Of a DNA stretch of 64,000 nt, positions 9,487 through 19,619 are shown piece after piece. The DNA comes from Verrucomicrobiota bacterium (GTDB lineage Bacteria; Verrucomicrobiota; Verrucomicrobiia; Limisphaerales; Palsa-1400). The position numbers and the translations under genes are program-made. Each line of letters starts with the position of its first letter. Position 1 is the stretch's first letter. The stretch is from positions 32,001 through 96,000 of the forward strand of contig JBEKYR010000004.1 of NCBI GenBank assembly GCA_049510745.1, read 5' to 3'. The notes under the pieces were generated by a model. That model was not told where the DNA came from and did no database searches. It saw nothing but the letters and a program-made list of their open reading frames with translations.

Positions 9487-9903
9487 ATGCCGATAACTAC
9501 TCAGATCGACGACGCGGTGCGCCAAAAGACGCTGGAACTTTGCGAAGCCATCGTCCAGCAGCCTCAATTTCAAGACATCCGCCGGCGGGTGGATTCGTTC
9601 ATGGCCGATGCCCAGGCCCAGGAACTTTACCGGAATTTGACCGAAAAAGGCCGCGCCCTGCACGAGAAACAGCACCAGGGCCTCCCCCTCGATGCCGGGG
9701 AAATCGCCGCCTTCGAATCCGGCCGCCAGACCCTGTTCGACCACCCGGTGGCCAGGGGCTTTATCGACGCGCAGGAGGAAATGCACGAGTTGCAGGAGGG
9801 CGTCCAGCAATTTGTCAACAAGACTTTTGAACTCGGCCGCGTTCCGTCCGGGGAGGACCTGGAAGGCGGCTCGTGCGGGGACGGCTGCGGCTGCCATCAC
9901 TGA
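9487..9903 (+). CDS. YlbF/YmcA-family regulator with Cys/His-rich tail
   Basis: Helical protein (KTLELCEAIVQQPQFQ..HPVARGFIDAQEEM) ending GGSCGDGCGCHH; start chosen at MPITT. Confidence 0.75.
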   Translation: MPITTQIDDAVRQKTLELCEAIVQQPQFQDIRRRVDSFMADAQAQELYRNLTEKGRALHEKQHQGLPLDAGEIAAFESGRQTLFDHPVARGFIDAQEEMHELQEGVQQFVNKTFELGRVPSGEDLEGGSCGDGCGCHH

Positions 9904-10226
9904 CCCGTTTCGCGCGCCAGCCAATCCAGATAGCGCGGCGTTCCGCCGGCCAATTCCAGCGCCACAAATTCGGGCGTGTCGTAGGGGTGCTTTTCCAGGA
10001 TGAGTTTTTCCAGCTTCGCCAGTTGGCGGGCGCGTGTTTTGAACACGATCAGGACCTCCGCGCCCGTCTCGATCCTGCCCCGCCACCAGTAATGGGATTC
10101 GAGGCGGGGAATCAGATTGGCGCAGGCGGCCAGGCGCGCCCGCAAGGCGGCGCGGGCCAGTTGGCGGGCGACCTTCACATTGGGCGCGGTTGCCAGCACG
10201 AGGCGGAATGGAGCGGCTTTTCTCAC
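9897..10226 (-). CDS. cutA: Divalent-cation tolerance protein CutA
   Basis: LAACANLIPRLESHYWWRG..HPYDTPEFVAL..YLDWL. Confidence 0.93.
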   Translation of the reverse strand: MRKAAPFRLVLATAPNVKVARQLARAALRARLAACANLIPRLESHYWWRGRIETGAEVLIVFKTRARQLAKLEKLILEKHPYDTPEFVALELAGGTPRYLDWLARETGQ

Positions 10227-10258
10227 TTCAGGAACCTAACACGTTTTCCAAACCGTTC

Positions 10259-10396
10259 TAGAGCGGTTTAAGAAATAGTGTAGCCGGTGTTCGACGGGAG
10301 ATGTGTTCGGCGAGGCGCCGAACACGGCGGGCGAGGGCGCCCGCGCTCCCCAAAACCCTACGCCTCAGCGGCTACAGTTTTCATGAAATTGTTCTA
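10259..10396. mobile_element. TA-dinucleotide-flanked MITE (IS630-like ends) with internal REP-like palindromes; right end overlaps the clpX-like stop codon
   Basis: Imperfect TIRs tagagcggtttaagaaatagtgtagccg / cggctacagttttcatgaaattgttcta; inner gtgttcggcgaggcgccgaacac and gcgggcgagggcgcccgcgctcccc. Confidence 0.65.
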
Positions 10397-11938
10397 ACCG
10401 GCGCGGTAGCTCTTGACCACCCATTCGCTCAGGGTCTTCTCCGGGGCCTCGACCGCGTCGGTGTCAATAATGAACTCCTGCTGGCCGGTGTTTTGCGCGA
10501 TCAATTTCAGGCCGAATTGGAAGTCCTTGAAGCGGGCGGCGCACAACTCGCGCACCGGGACGGATTGCTCCAGGGCCAGCGCGACGAGCCGATCGGCGGC
10601 GGGCGCGGTGAAACGGACGTTGAGCTTGTAGCTGTCCTGGAACCGCCGGGCGAAATCATGCACCAACTGCCGCGCCACCACGCGTTCCTCCTTCTCGTGC
10701 TCGGCCAGCAGCTTGGCCAGTTCCACGGCCGGCGCATCGACCAATTCGCGCGTGACGACAAAGCGGCGGACAAGGGTCGAAGGCAGTTCGAATTTGAAGT
10801 CGCGAAAGACCCGTTCGCACACGGTCATCAAGCCGCGGGCGCCGGTGGATTCGTCGCCGGCCAGCTCGGCAATGCGCCGCAGACCGTCATCGCGAAAGAG
10901 CACCTCGATGCCGTAGGCGGCGAAGGTCTGTTCGTATTGACGGATAATGCTGCCTTCCGAAGTCTTGAGGATGTTGAACAGGTCCTCCACGCTCAAGGGC
11001 TGGCACACCACCCGCACGGGCAGGCGTCCGATGAATTCCGGCTCGAATCCAAACTCGATGAAATCGCGCGTCTGCGCCTCGTCCAGCACGGAACTGTCGG
11101 AACCGCTTTTGGCGGGCGGACTGGCAAAACCGATGGAAGCTTCGCGCAGCCGTTTCTTGACAATCTTTTCCAAACCGTCGAAAGCGCCGCTGACAATGAA
11201 CAGAATGTGCTTGGTGTTGATGGTGGCGGGCTGTTTTTTGCCGCGCTGGGAAAAATCCATCATGGCCTGGATTTGGGCGCCGATGTCGTTGGGCGAGCGG
11301 GCGGGCACTTCGGTTTCCTCCATCAGTTTGAGGAGGTTGGTTTGGACGCCGCGCCCGCTGACATCGCGTCCGCTGGCGTTGGAGACGGAAGCGATCTTGT
11401 CGATTTCGTCGATGTAGATGATGCCGTACTGCGCGCGCTGGCAATCGCCGTCGGCGCGGCGGAGCAATTCGCGGACGAGGTCCTCGACATCGCCGCCGAC
11501 GTAGCCGGTTTCGGAGAACTTGGTGGCGTCGCCTTTGACGAATGGCACGCCGATGAGGTCGGCGGCGTTGCGGATGAGGTAGGTTTTGCCGACGCCGGTG
11601 GGGCCGAGGAGAATGAGGTTTTGCTTGGCGTAATTGGGCTGATCCTTGCCCTCGAAGGCCAGGCGGACGTGGTGATAGTGGTCGCAGAGCGCGACGCTGA
11701 GGACTTTCTTGGCCTCATCCTGCTTGATGACAAAGCGATCCAGGTAGCTTTTGACCTCGCGCGGCTTGCGGGCGAAGGAAAAGTCCCTGCCGGACGGCGT
11801 CGGCGCGGCAGGCTCCAGCGGGCCGTCCGTGTCGGGGTTGGCCTGGGCGGCGCCGGCAAAATGCTGGCGCATGAATTCCTGCAACTGGCGCTGGAACTCT
11901 TCGGGTGAGGGCGGCCCGTTGACACATCGTTTCTCCAT
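10394..11938 (-). CDS. ClpX-like AAA+ ATPase lacking the N-terminal Zn-binding domain, with C-terminal extension
   Basis: GPTGVGKT, DATKFSETGYVGGDVE, IIYIDEIDK, RDVSGRGVQ, SIGF loop, PEFIGRLPV, TGARGL. Confidence 0.88.
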   Translation of the reverse strand: MEKRCVNGPPSPEEFQRQLQEFMRQHFAGAAQANPDTDGPLEPAAPTPSGRDFSFARKPREVKSYLDRFVIKQDEAKKVLSVALCDHYHHVRLAFEGKDQPNYAKQNLILLGPTGVGKTYLIRNAADLIGVPFVKGDATKFSETGYVGGDVEDLVRELLRRADGDCQRAQYGIIYIDEIDKIASVSNASGRDVSGRGVQTNLLKLMEETEVPARSPNDIGAQIQAMMDFSQRGKKQPATINTKHILFIVSGAFDGLEKIVKKRLREASIGFASPPAKSGSDSSVLDEAQTRDFIEFGFEPEFIGRLPVRVVCQPLSVEDLFNILKTSEGSIIRQYEQTFAAYGIEVLFRDDGLRRIAELAGDESTGARGLMTVCERVFRDFKFELPSTLVRRFVVTRELVDAPAVELAKLLAEHEKEERVVARQLVHDFARRFQDSYKLNVRFTAPAADRLVALALEQSVPVRELCAARFKDFQFGLKLIAQNTGQQEFIIDTDAVEAPEKTLSEWVVKSYRAG

Positions 11939-12019
11939 ACGCGATTCAACTTAAACCACTCCGGCCAAAGCGCAATTCTCGACTCGACTTGTCGGTTAGG
12001 TTGTGGTTTATTTTCAGGC

Positions 12020-12343
12020 GTGCCAACAATTTCGCACAAATCGCCGGCGCCCGCCCAAGCGGAACGCCCACTGGATGCGCGACAAGCCGCCGAGTCGGCC
12101 TTCAACTATTTTCGGGCCCTTGTTCCCAACACCCTCCTGCGAGTTTCCGATCCGAGTCTGGAGGAGATCGAAATGTCCAAGGACGGCCGATATTGGCTGA
12201 TCACCCTGGGGATCAGCGAATCGCGCCGGAAAAACGAGAACCTGCCGAAGTTTTTGCAGGTGCCCCTGCGCAGGTTAAAGGTTTTCAAGGTGGACGCCGC
12301 CACCGGGCGGGTGTTGTCCATGAAGAATCCCAACGGTGAATGA
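12020..12343 (+). CDS. Small hypothetical protein, candidate partner of the downstream PIN protein
   Basis: LEEIEMSKDGRYWLITLG...KVFKVDAATGRVLSMK; stop overlaps next start (ATGA). Confidence 0.7.
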   Translation: MPTISHKSPAPAQAERPLDARQAAESAFNYFRALVPNTLLRVSDPSLEEIEMSKDGRYWLITLGISESRRKNENLPKFLQVPLRRLKVFKVDAATGRVLSMKNPNGE

Positions 12344-12870
12344 AGACGGATGCTCTGGGGCGCTTTCTGGGTAAATTCCACGGCAAGCGACTGTTGCTCG
12401 ATGCCAACCTGCTCCTTTTGTATTTCAAGGGTTGTTTCTATAAGGCGAATCTCCAAGCACCCAGGCATGGCACGTTCGTGGAGGAGGAATTCGTATTGCT
12501 CGCCCAGACCATTGAACATTTTAAGAAGGCAGGAAAGGTATTGACCACGCCGCACCTTCTAACGGAACTGTCGAACATTTCCGAGGATATGAAACTGAAC
12601 CACTTTCATTTCCTCAGGTCGATTCGAATCCTGATCGGGGATTTGGATGAGTGGTTCGACAAACCAAGAATTGGAGCCTATCGCTTGTCTGGCCAGAATC
12701 ACTTTGCCACGTTTGGGCTGGCCGACGCTGTGATCATTGAGCTTGCCCATGATCCTCTGCTCATCCTGACAAATGACAAACAGATGGCCCGCTATTTGCA
12801 GGATAAGAAAAGGAAGCGGAATGTTCTTTATTTCGGCGACTTGAAGGAACAATGCCTGGGCAGCAATTAG
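12340..12870 (+). CDS. PIN-domain protein
   Basis: LLLDANLLLL, TTPHLLTELSN, FGLADA, LILTND; more AT-rich than the flanks. Confidence 0.78.
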   Translation: MKTDALGRFLGKFHGKRLLLDANLLLLYFKGCFYKANLQAPRHGTFVEEEFVLLAQTIEHFKKAGKVLTTPHLLTELSNISEDMKLNHFHFLRSIRILIGDLDEWFDKPRIGAYRLSGQNHFATFGLADAVIIELAHDPLLILTNDKQMARYLQDKKRKRNVLYFGDLKEQCLGSN

Positions 12871-15068
12871 CGCGGCTCTTCGGGACGGAAGACCACGACA
12901 CTTAAAGGCGGCAAGGTCATGACCGCCGAGAAGGGTTGCCGGTGGATATGATACCCCTCGGCGGTGACGCCGCCGAAGTTTCCCTGGTTGCTCCCGCCGT
13001 AAAAGCCGGAGTCGGAATTGAACACCTCGCGCCAAAAACCGCCGCACGGCAACCCGACCCGGTACTGGTGCCGCAACACCGGCGTCAGATTCAGGATGAC
13101 CGCGACGCGGCGGCTGCCGTCGGAAGTCTGGCGGAGGAAGGAAAGGACGCTGTTGTCGGCGTCGCCGCAATCGATCCAGGAAAAGCCGGCGACGTTGTAA
13201 TCGCCCTCCCATAAGGCCGGCTCGTTTTGATAGAGGCGATTGAGGTCGCGGACCAGGCGCTGGACGCCGCGATGGTAAGGGCCTTCGTCCAGCAGCCACC
13301 AATCCAGGCTGGCGTTGGCGTTCCATTCGGCGCTCTGGCCGATTTCCGAGCCCATCATGAGCAATTGTTTGCCCGGAAAGAACCATTGGTAAGCCAGCAA
13401 GGCGCGGAGGTTGGCGAAGCGCTGCCATTCGTCGCCGGACATTTTGCCCAGAAGCGAGCCTTTGCCATGCACGACTTCATCATGGGAGAGCGGGAGAATA
13501 AAATTCTCGTGCTGATGATAGAGCATGGCAAAGGTCAGATCGTTCTGGTGAAATTTGCGGAAGATGGCGTCGCGGCTGAAATAACCCAGGGTGTCGTGCA
13601 TCCAGCCCATGTTCCACTTGAAGGTGAAGCCCAGCCCGCCCAGGTAGGGCGGCCGGGTCACCAGCGGCCAGGCGGTGGATTCCTCGGCGATGGTCACCGC
13701 CCCCGGGCACTCGGTATGCACCAGATGATTGAACTGTTTGAGGAACTCGACCGCCTCCAGGTTTTCGCGCCCGCCGAATTGGTTGGGGACCCACTCGCCC
13801 GGCTTGCGCGAATAATCCAGGTAGAGCATCGAGGCCACGGCATCGACGCGCAGACCGTCAATATGAAAGCGGTCGCACCAGAAGAGGGCATTGGCCAAAA
13901 GAAAATTGCGCACTTCATGGCGTCCGTAGTTGAAAATCAACGTGCCCCAGTCCTGGTGGGTGCCCTTGCGCGGGTCTTCGTGCTCGTAGAGGGCGGTGCC
14001 GTCAAAGCGCGCCAGCGCCCAGTCGTCCCGCGGGAAATGCGCGGGGACCCAGTCCAGCAGCACGCCGACACCGGCCTGGTGGAGTTGATTGACCAGGAAT
14101 TGAAAATCGTCCGGCGTGCCGAACCGGCTTGTCGGCGCGTAAAACCCCGTCACCTGGTAGCCCCACGAGGGATAGAAAGCGTGCTCGGCCACAGGCAAAA
14201 ACTCGACGTGCGTAAAGCCCATGTTCTGCACGTAGGCCGTCAGCGGCTCGGCCATCTCGCGATAGCTGAGGGACTCGAACTTGTTTTTCTTCATCCACGA
14301 CCCCAGATGCACCTCATAGATACTCATCGGGCCGCGGAAAGGATCGGCGGCGCGCCGCTTTTCCAGCCAGGCCTGGTCCTCCCAGCGGAATTTGCAGTTG
14401 TTCCAGACAATCGACGCGTTCTTGGGGGCGGTCTCGGAAAAGAAAGCATAGGGGTCGGCCTTGAGGATGACGGCGCCGGCGGCGGTCCTGACTTCAAATT
14501 TGTAATGAGCGCCCTCGACCGCGCCCGGAATGAAAATCTCCCACACACCCGAAGCGCCCAGGTTGCGCATCGCGTGCTGGCGTCCGTCCCAGTTATTGAA
14601 ATCGCCCACCACGCTGACGCTCTGGGCCGTCGGAGCCCAGACGGCAAAACTGGCGCCGGCCACGCCGTCGAGGACTTGGAGGTGCGCGCCCAATTTGTCG
14701 TAAATCCGGCGTTCGTTGCCTTGGGCAAAGAGGTAAAGGTCCGTTTCGCCCAGAGAGGGCAGGAAGGAATAGGGATCGCGGGTCTGGACCTTGGAGCCGT
14801 CCTGGTCGGTAATGATCAGGTCGTAGGCATAGACCGCCTTGGCGCCCGCAGTCGTTCCCTCAAAAAGGCCGGGACGGACCTGTTCCAATTTGAAGCGCGG
14901 CTTCTTTTTCTCGTGGACAGGCGCAATCTCCACAGCGGCGGCTTGCGGGCGGAAAACGCGCGCGACCACCCCGGACCCATCCCCCAGAGGATGCATGCCC
15001 AAAAGCTCATGGGGCGAACGATGCCGGAGGGCGATCAGACTGTCGGCTTCTTCCTTCGTTAAAATCAT
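12867..15068 (-). CDS. glgB: 1,4-alpha-glucan branching enzyme
   Basis: IYEVHLGSW, SWGYQ, DWVPAHFP, DGLRVDAVASMLYLDYSR, IAEESTAWP, LSHDEVVHGK. Confidence 0.98.
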   Translation of the reverse strand: MILTKEEADSLIALRHRSPHELLGMHPLGDGSGVVARVFRPQAAAVEIAPVHEKKKPRFKLEQVRPGLFEGTTAGAKAVYAYDLIITDQDGSKVQTRDPYSFLPSLGETDLYLFAQGNERRIYDKLGAHLQVLDGVAGASFAVWAPTAQSVSVVGDFNNWDGRQHAMRNLGASGVWEIFIPGAVEGAHYKFEVRTAAGAVILKADPYAFFSETAPKNASIVWNNCKFRWEDQAWLEKRRAADPFRGPMSIYEVHLGSWMKKNKFESLSYREMAEPLTAYVQNMGFTHVEFLPVAEHAFYPSWGYQVTGFYAPTSRFGTPDDFQFLVNQLHQAGVGVLLDWVPAHFPRDDWALARFDGTALYEHEDPRKGTHQDWGTLIFNYGRHEVRNFLLANALFWCDRFHIDGLRVDAVASMLYLDYSRKPGEWVPNQFGGRENLEAVEFLKQFNHLVHTECPGAVTIAEESTAWPLVTRPPYLGGLGFTFKWNMGWMHDTLGYFSRDAIFRKFHQNDLTFAMLYHQHENFILPLSHDEVVHGKGSLLGKMSGDEWQRFANLRALLAYQWFFPGKQLLMMGSEIGQSAEWNANASLDWWLLDEGPYHRGVQRLVRDLNRLYQNEPALWEGDYNVAGFSWIDCGDADNSVLSFLRQTSDGSRRVAVILNLTPVLRHQYRVGLPCGGFWREVFNSDSGFYGGSNQGNFGGVTAEGYHIHRQPFSAVMTLPPLSVVVFRPEEPR

Positions 15069-15245
15069 GATTGTCCAAGCGTAACAGGAAACGGATTAAA
15101 CACACGGAAATTGTCGCAGCGTCGATTTTTCGCCCGATCCTCCTTGGCGGTGGATTTCGCAACGGACTGCTGTTTCGGACAATGCCAGGGTTTGCGGCCT
15201 TTGATGTGTGAGAACCGCTGGCCAGCAAGGCCCGACCTCACGCCC

Positions 15246-15962
15246 TCAAAGTTGACGGAGGCGGAAAAATGAGGCCGCACCCAGGGCACTGTTGGTCACG
15301 AAATTCCAACCCCCGGACTGCGCGACCGGCTGAACCACAGACTGCCACTGATCCACCCCGCCCAGATTGGTGCAAGATTCGAGCTGATACGGCACCGGGA
15401 TGACCGGCCATGAAAGGGCCACCTGGGCCGATGCAGGCAGAGACTGAATCTGCAACTGCGGCTGGCCCACCCATTGGTAAATTTCCACCTCCTTGATCTG
15501 CGGCCCGTTGCCGCTGCTATAGGCCAAGATGCGAAGACCGGTCGTGTTCGTGTTGAGCGTGACTTCATACCAAACCTCCTCCGGCGTGCTGATCTGGTCG
15601 CTGGCTGCCACCCACGCCCCGCCCTGCGAGATGTCGAGAATGAAACTATCCAGGTAACTGTAGCTCGGATCGGTGGCGATGTAGCGGTCTGGCACCAAGC
15701 GAAACCGGGTGAGGAACAAGTTGGTGCCGAAGTCCACCTCCAGCCAGGCCTCCTGCTGGCCGCCGGCGGCGCACCAGCCGGTGTTCTCACCCTGGTCGCC
15801 CTCGAATGAGGTGATGGGGGTGTAACCATCGTACCAACTCGAGGCAGACACCATGCTCGCATCCACCGCCACCAGAGTCTCGCCTGCGGCAACCGGCAGG
15901 CAGGGTAGCGCAAGCGCCGTCAGGAATGCCAAAGCGACTGGAGTGAAGGGACATGTTTTCAT
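15246..15962 (-). CDS. Secreted discoidin/F5-8 type C-like domain protein
   Basis: Signal peptide; SASS..W..WLEVDFG..IKEVEIY; C-terminal LSWP..YQLES.TNL..FFRL domain. Confidence 0.7.
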   Translation of the reverse strand: MKTCPFTPVALAFLTALALPCLPVAAGETLVAVDASMVSASSWYDGYTPITSFEGDQGENTGWCAAGGQQEAWLEVDFGTNLFLTRFRLVPDRYIATDPSYSYLDSFILDISQGGAWVAASDQISTPEEVWYEVTLNTNTTGLRILAYSSGNGPQIKEVEIYQWVGQPQLQIQSLPASAQVALSWPVIPVPYQLESCTNLGGVDQWQSVVQPVAQSGGWNFVTNSALGAASFFRLRQL

Positions 15963-16001
15963 AGGATTTGGAGTTGTTTCTCTTGTTGTTATGGGTGATG
16001 C

Positions 16002-16220
16002 CTAACTGTGGCGGAAGGTGATGCGGGCCTTGCCCAGGTCGTAGGGGGACATCTCGACGTTGACCTTGTCGCCGACGCTGATGCGGATGAAGTTCTTGCG
16101 CATCTTGCCGGAGATGTGCGCGAGCACTTCGTGTCCGTTGGGCAACGCCACGCGAAACATGGTGCCGGGCAGGACTTGCGTCACCGTGCCAGTCAATTCG
16201 ATTGGCTCTTCTTTCGCCAC
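16002..16220 (-). CDS. infA: Translation initiation factor IF-1
   Basis: [46 protein letters not shown]. Confidence 0.98.
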   Translation of the reverse strand: MAKEEPIELTGTVTQVLPGTMFRVALPNGHEVLAHISGKMRKNFIRISVGDKVNVEMSPYDLGKARITFRHS

Positions 16221-16224
16221 GGGT

Positions 16225-18051
16225 CTATTTCTCAGTTTGGTAAGGTCCGATGCTGTCGATGCGGTAGCGTTTTCTGGCGTTGTCGATGGACACTTCGACC
16301 TCTTCCAGGGGTTTGCGGTTGAGAAGAGACTGGGCCACCGGAGTCAGGTAACTGATGATGCCCTTTTCCGGATTGGAGTCCCAGGCGCCGAGAATGACGA
16401 AGTGTTCGGCGTGCTGATGTTCCAGATCGGTCACGGCCACCTGGGTGCCGATGCTGACGACATCGGTGCGAGGGTTGGCAAAATCGGAGCCGCGGGCGCG
16501 GACCAACTGGGATTCCAGTTCGCCTTTGCGGCGCATGAGCATTTTCTGCATTTCCTTGGCGGCCTTGTATTCGTGGTTTTCGCGCAAATCACCGTAGCTG
16601 CGGGCGAGGGCAATCTCCTTGGAATTGGCGGGGATGGCCTTTTGCACCAGGTCGGCGTATTCGTTTTTGCGGCGCTCCAGGCTTTCCCAGGAAACAAGGA
16701 AGGAATTCTCCTGCCGGGTCTGGTCGCCTGAAATCATGGTCTGCACCGCCGGGTAGCTCTTGACGATGCGCGCCAGGAGCGACCGTTTGTCCATGTCGTT
16801 AAAACAGGGAGAAAGTTGCAAGGCGCGGGTCAGGTCCTTGATCACCTCCAGATCGGCCGAGCCGATTAATTCGACGAGGAGGGTTGGATCGTCCAGGACA
16901 TAATCGCGCAGCTTGTTGGAGCGTTTCTCGTTGAACTGGTCGCGTTCCATGGCCGTGAGCATGGCGCGGAACACTTCGGGGCCGAGGATGTCGGCAAAGG
17001 AATCCGAGCGCTCGCGGGCCAGCCAGAGGAGCAGATCGCTGCTGGCCTGATGCTGGCTGATGAGGCGGGCCAGCAACTCTTTGAGCGCCTCGAGGTTGCC
17101 GCCGGAAATGAGGGCATGGGCCACTTCCAAGGCGAGCTTGGCGGAGACGTGGTTGAGCGAGGCGAGCAGCGCGCCGGCCCAGCGCTCGGGAGAGCTCTCC
17201 TTGAAGGACTGCAAGGCGCGCCGATGTTTGGAGGCGGGCATTTGCTCGAGGATGGTTCCGACGCGGTTGGATTCCTGGAGCCAAAGGGAGGGAGCGGACA
17301 CTTCGCCGGGAGCCGGCGCAACGCCGAAAGTGTCGCGCAACTCGTCCCGGACAAAGATCGCCTCCAGCGCGATGGCGGGCTGGGTGCGCTGATGGGTGAC
17401 AATCTCGGCGTTCAAGGCGGGAAGGATCTCTTTGGCCAGGGCCGCCTTGTCCTGGATGTCGGAAAGGTTTTTCAAGATTTCATGGGCGACGGCGCCGCGG
17501 GCCTTGAGGCCCTTGGCGGCGCGAAACTCGCCCATCAACCGGTCTGGCAAGGCGACTTCCTTGGCCTGATAAAGGATGGGATCGGATTTTTTGGCGGGCA
17601 CCTGGAAATGGCCGTCCTTTTTCAGTTCGTGCTTGGCGCCCTCCCACCATTTCTTCCAGTCGTCCTTGATGACGTCGGGGACGAGGACCTGCTGGATTTG
17701 ATCGACGGTGGCGCGGTTGCCAAAGCTTTGCAGAACCAATTTGATCAAATCCAGATGGTGCAGGGCCGCCATTTGGCGCAGGGCGTCGAGGTCCGCAACT
17801 TTGCGGGCATAGATATGATCGCTGGAAATGGGCTTGAGCGACTCGGCGGCGAACGCCAAGTCCATGGTGTGGCCGGGTTTGGACTGAAAATCGATGACAA
17901 AGCGGGAGAAGACCGCGTCCACCGTCACAATTTTTCCGAATCCCCAACTGCGGTGGTAACAGTAGCCGCTGTCGGTCAACTCCACCAAAGCGTCCACGTG
18001 TTGGCGGGTGAGTTTCCCGGCGGCCGCCAGTTTTTCAAATTCTTCTTTCAT
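16225..18051 (-). CDS. greA: GreA/GreB elongation factor with long N-terminal extension
   Basis: C-terminal [39 protein letters not shown]; start chosen at MKEEFEK. Confidence 0.88.
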   Translation of the reverse strand: MKEEFEKLAAAGKLTRQHVDALVELTDSGYCYHRSWGFGKIVTVDAVFSRFVIDFQSKPGHTMDLAFAAESLKPISSDHIYARKVADLDALRQMAALHHLDLIKLVLQSFGNRATVDQIQQVLVPDVIKDDWKKWWEGAKHELKKDGHFQVPAKKSDPILYQAKEVALPDRLMGEFRAAKGLKARGAVAHEILKNLSDIQDKAALAKEILPALNAEIVTHQRTQPAIALEAIFVRDELRDTFGVAPAPGEVSAPSLWLQESNRVGTILEQMPASKHRRALQSFKESSPERWAGALLASLNHVSAKLALEVAHALISGGNLEALKELLARLISQHQASSDLLLWLARERSDSFADILGPEVFRAMLTAMERDQFNEKRSNKLRDYVLDDPTLLVELIGSADLEVIKDLTRALQLSPCFNDMDKRSLLARIVKSYPAVQTMISGDQTRQENSFLVSWESLERRKNEYADLVQKAIPANSKEIALARSYGDLRENHEYKAAKEMQKMLMRRKGELESQLVRARGSDFANPRTDVVSIGTQVAVTDLEHQHAEHFVILGAWDSNPEKGIISYLTPVAQSLLNRKPLEEVEVSIDNARKRYRIDSIGPYQTEK

Positions 18052-18095
18052 CGGTATATTCTCGCGTCCCATAAGTGTCCGATCATTATTAGGTC

Positions 18096-19397
18096 GTGAA
18101 CGGCGAAAATCCAAGAGAAATTGCCGTGCGCGTCTTGAGCCGGCGCGGACGGCCCGGCCAATACGTGGAAGTCCTGCTGGAGCGGGAGTTGGCCGCCCAT
18201 GCGCTTTCCCACCCGGACCGCGCCCTGTGCCAGGAACTGGTCTTTGGCCTGGTGCGCTGGCAACGCACCCTCGACTGGCTGGTCGCCCGCAAGACGGCGG
18301 GCCGCGCCCAAAACGCCACCGTCCGCCTTTTGCTGCACCTGGGGCTTTACCAGCTTTTCTGGCTGCAACGCATTCCCGACCATGCCGCGGTGCATGAAAC
18401 GGTCGAGTTGGGCAAACGTCTGGGTTTTGGGCCGCGGGCCGGCTTCCTCAATGCCCTGTTGCGCGGGTTTATCCGCGAACGCGAACAAACCAAACAATCG
18501 CTGGAGGCCCTGAAACAAACTGATCTGGCGCTGGGCTATTCCCATCCCGCCTGGCTGGTCGAGCGATGGCAGGCCCGCTGGGGCGTGGAGAAAACCCGGC
18601 GGTTGCTGGAATGGAACAACACCCCGCCGCCGACCTGCGCGCGGCGCAACGGATTGAAGACCGACTTCCCTTCCCTGGCGGCCCGGTGGAAGGAGGAGGG
18701 AATCGAGTTCGAGGAACGGCAATGGGACTGGACCGGGCCGGGGCTGGTCTTCGAGTTGCGCTCGCACCCGCCGCTGGCCGGTTGCCCCAGTTTTCAGGAC
18801 GGACTTTTTTACGTGCAGGACCCCGGCACGCTGCTGGCGGTCGAACAACTGGGGCCGCAGCCGGGCGAGACGGTCCTGGATTGGTGCGCCGCCCCCGGCG
18901 GCAAAACCACGTTTATCGCCCAGCTCATGCGGAATCGCGGACGGGTCGTGGCCCAGGACAACCAACCCGAACGGCTGGAGCTGCTGCGGGAGAATTGCCG
19001 GCGGCTCGGCGCCCTCTGCGTGGAGGTCTCCCCTGCCCCGCCCGCGCCCGGCGAGTTCGACCGAATTCTAATTGACGCACCGTGCTCGAACACCGGCGTC
19101 ATGCGGCGGCGGGTGGACTTGCGCTGGCGCCTGCAGCCGTCCGAGATTCCGCGCCTGCGGAAAGCGCAGGCGGCATTGCTGGCCCAGGCCGCGCCGAAAT
19201 TGAAGCCCGGCGGCACGCTGGTCTATAGCACGTGCAGCCTGGAACCGGAGGAAAACGAAGAGGTGGTGGGCGGTTTTCTCAAAGAGCAGCCCGGCTTCCA
19301 ACTGGACAGCGAGCGCCAACTGCTTCCGTTCGCCGAAGGGGTGGACGGGGCCTACGTCGCCAGGCTGCGGCGCACGATGGCGCATCTACAGGCTTGA
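18096..19397 (+). CDS. rsmB: 16S rRNA m5C967 methyltransferase RsmB
   Basis: NusB-like N-terminus; CAAPGGKT, ILIDAPCSNTG, LVYSTCS. Confidence 0.93.
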   Translation: MNGENPREIAVRVLSRRGRPGQYVEVLLERELAAHALSHPDRALCQELVFGLVRWQRTLDWLVARKTAGRAQNATVRLLLHLGLYQLFWLQRIPDHAAVHETVELGKRLGFGPRAGFLNALLRGFIREREQTKQSLEALKQTDLALGYSHPAWLVERWQARWGVEKTRRLLEWNNTPPPTCARRNGLKTDFPSLAARWKEEGIEFEERQWDWTGPGLVFELRSHPPLAGCPSFQDGLFYVQDPGTLLAVEQLGPQPGETVLDWCAAPGGKTTFIAQLMRNRGRVVAQDNQPERLELLRENCRRLGALCVEVSPAPPAPGEFDRILIDAPCSNTGVMRRRVDLRWRLQPSEIPRLRKAQAALLAQAAPKLKPGGTLVYSTCSLEPEENEEVVGGFLKEQPGFQLDSERQLLPFAEGVDGAYVARLRRTMAHLQA

Positions 19398-19430
19398 GCT
19401 TCCCGGACGGAACATGCTAGATTCTGGCCG

Positions 19431-19619
19431 ATGAGTACGTTTGGTGAAATTGAAGCCGCGGTGAATGCTCTGCCGTTATCCGAGCAGAAGGCGTTGTTTG
19501 AGCATTTGACGCAACGCCTGCAAATCGGGGAGGACGTGAGGCGCCGCCTGCCGCTCGTTCCGGCGACCGGGCATCCGATCACGCAAGAGGAGATTGACGA
19601 TGCCCTCGACGCCGACTGA
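19431..19619 (+). CDS. Putative antitoxin
   Basis: 62 aa, MSTFGEIEAAVNALPLSEQ; overlaps downstream PIN gene. Confidence 0.7.
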   Translation: MSTFGEIEAAVNALPLSEQKALFEHLTQRLQIGEDVRRRLPLVPATGHPITQEEIDDALDAD

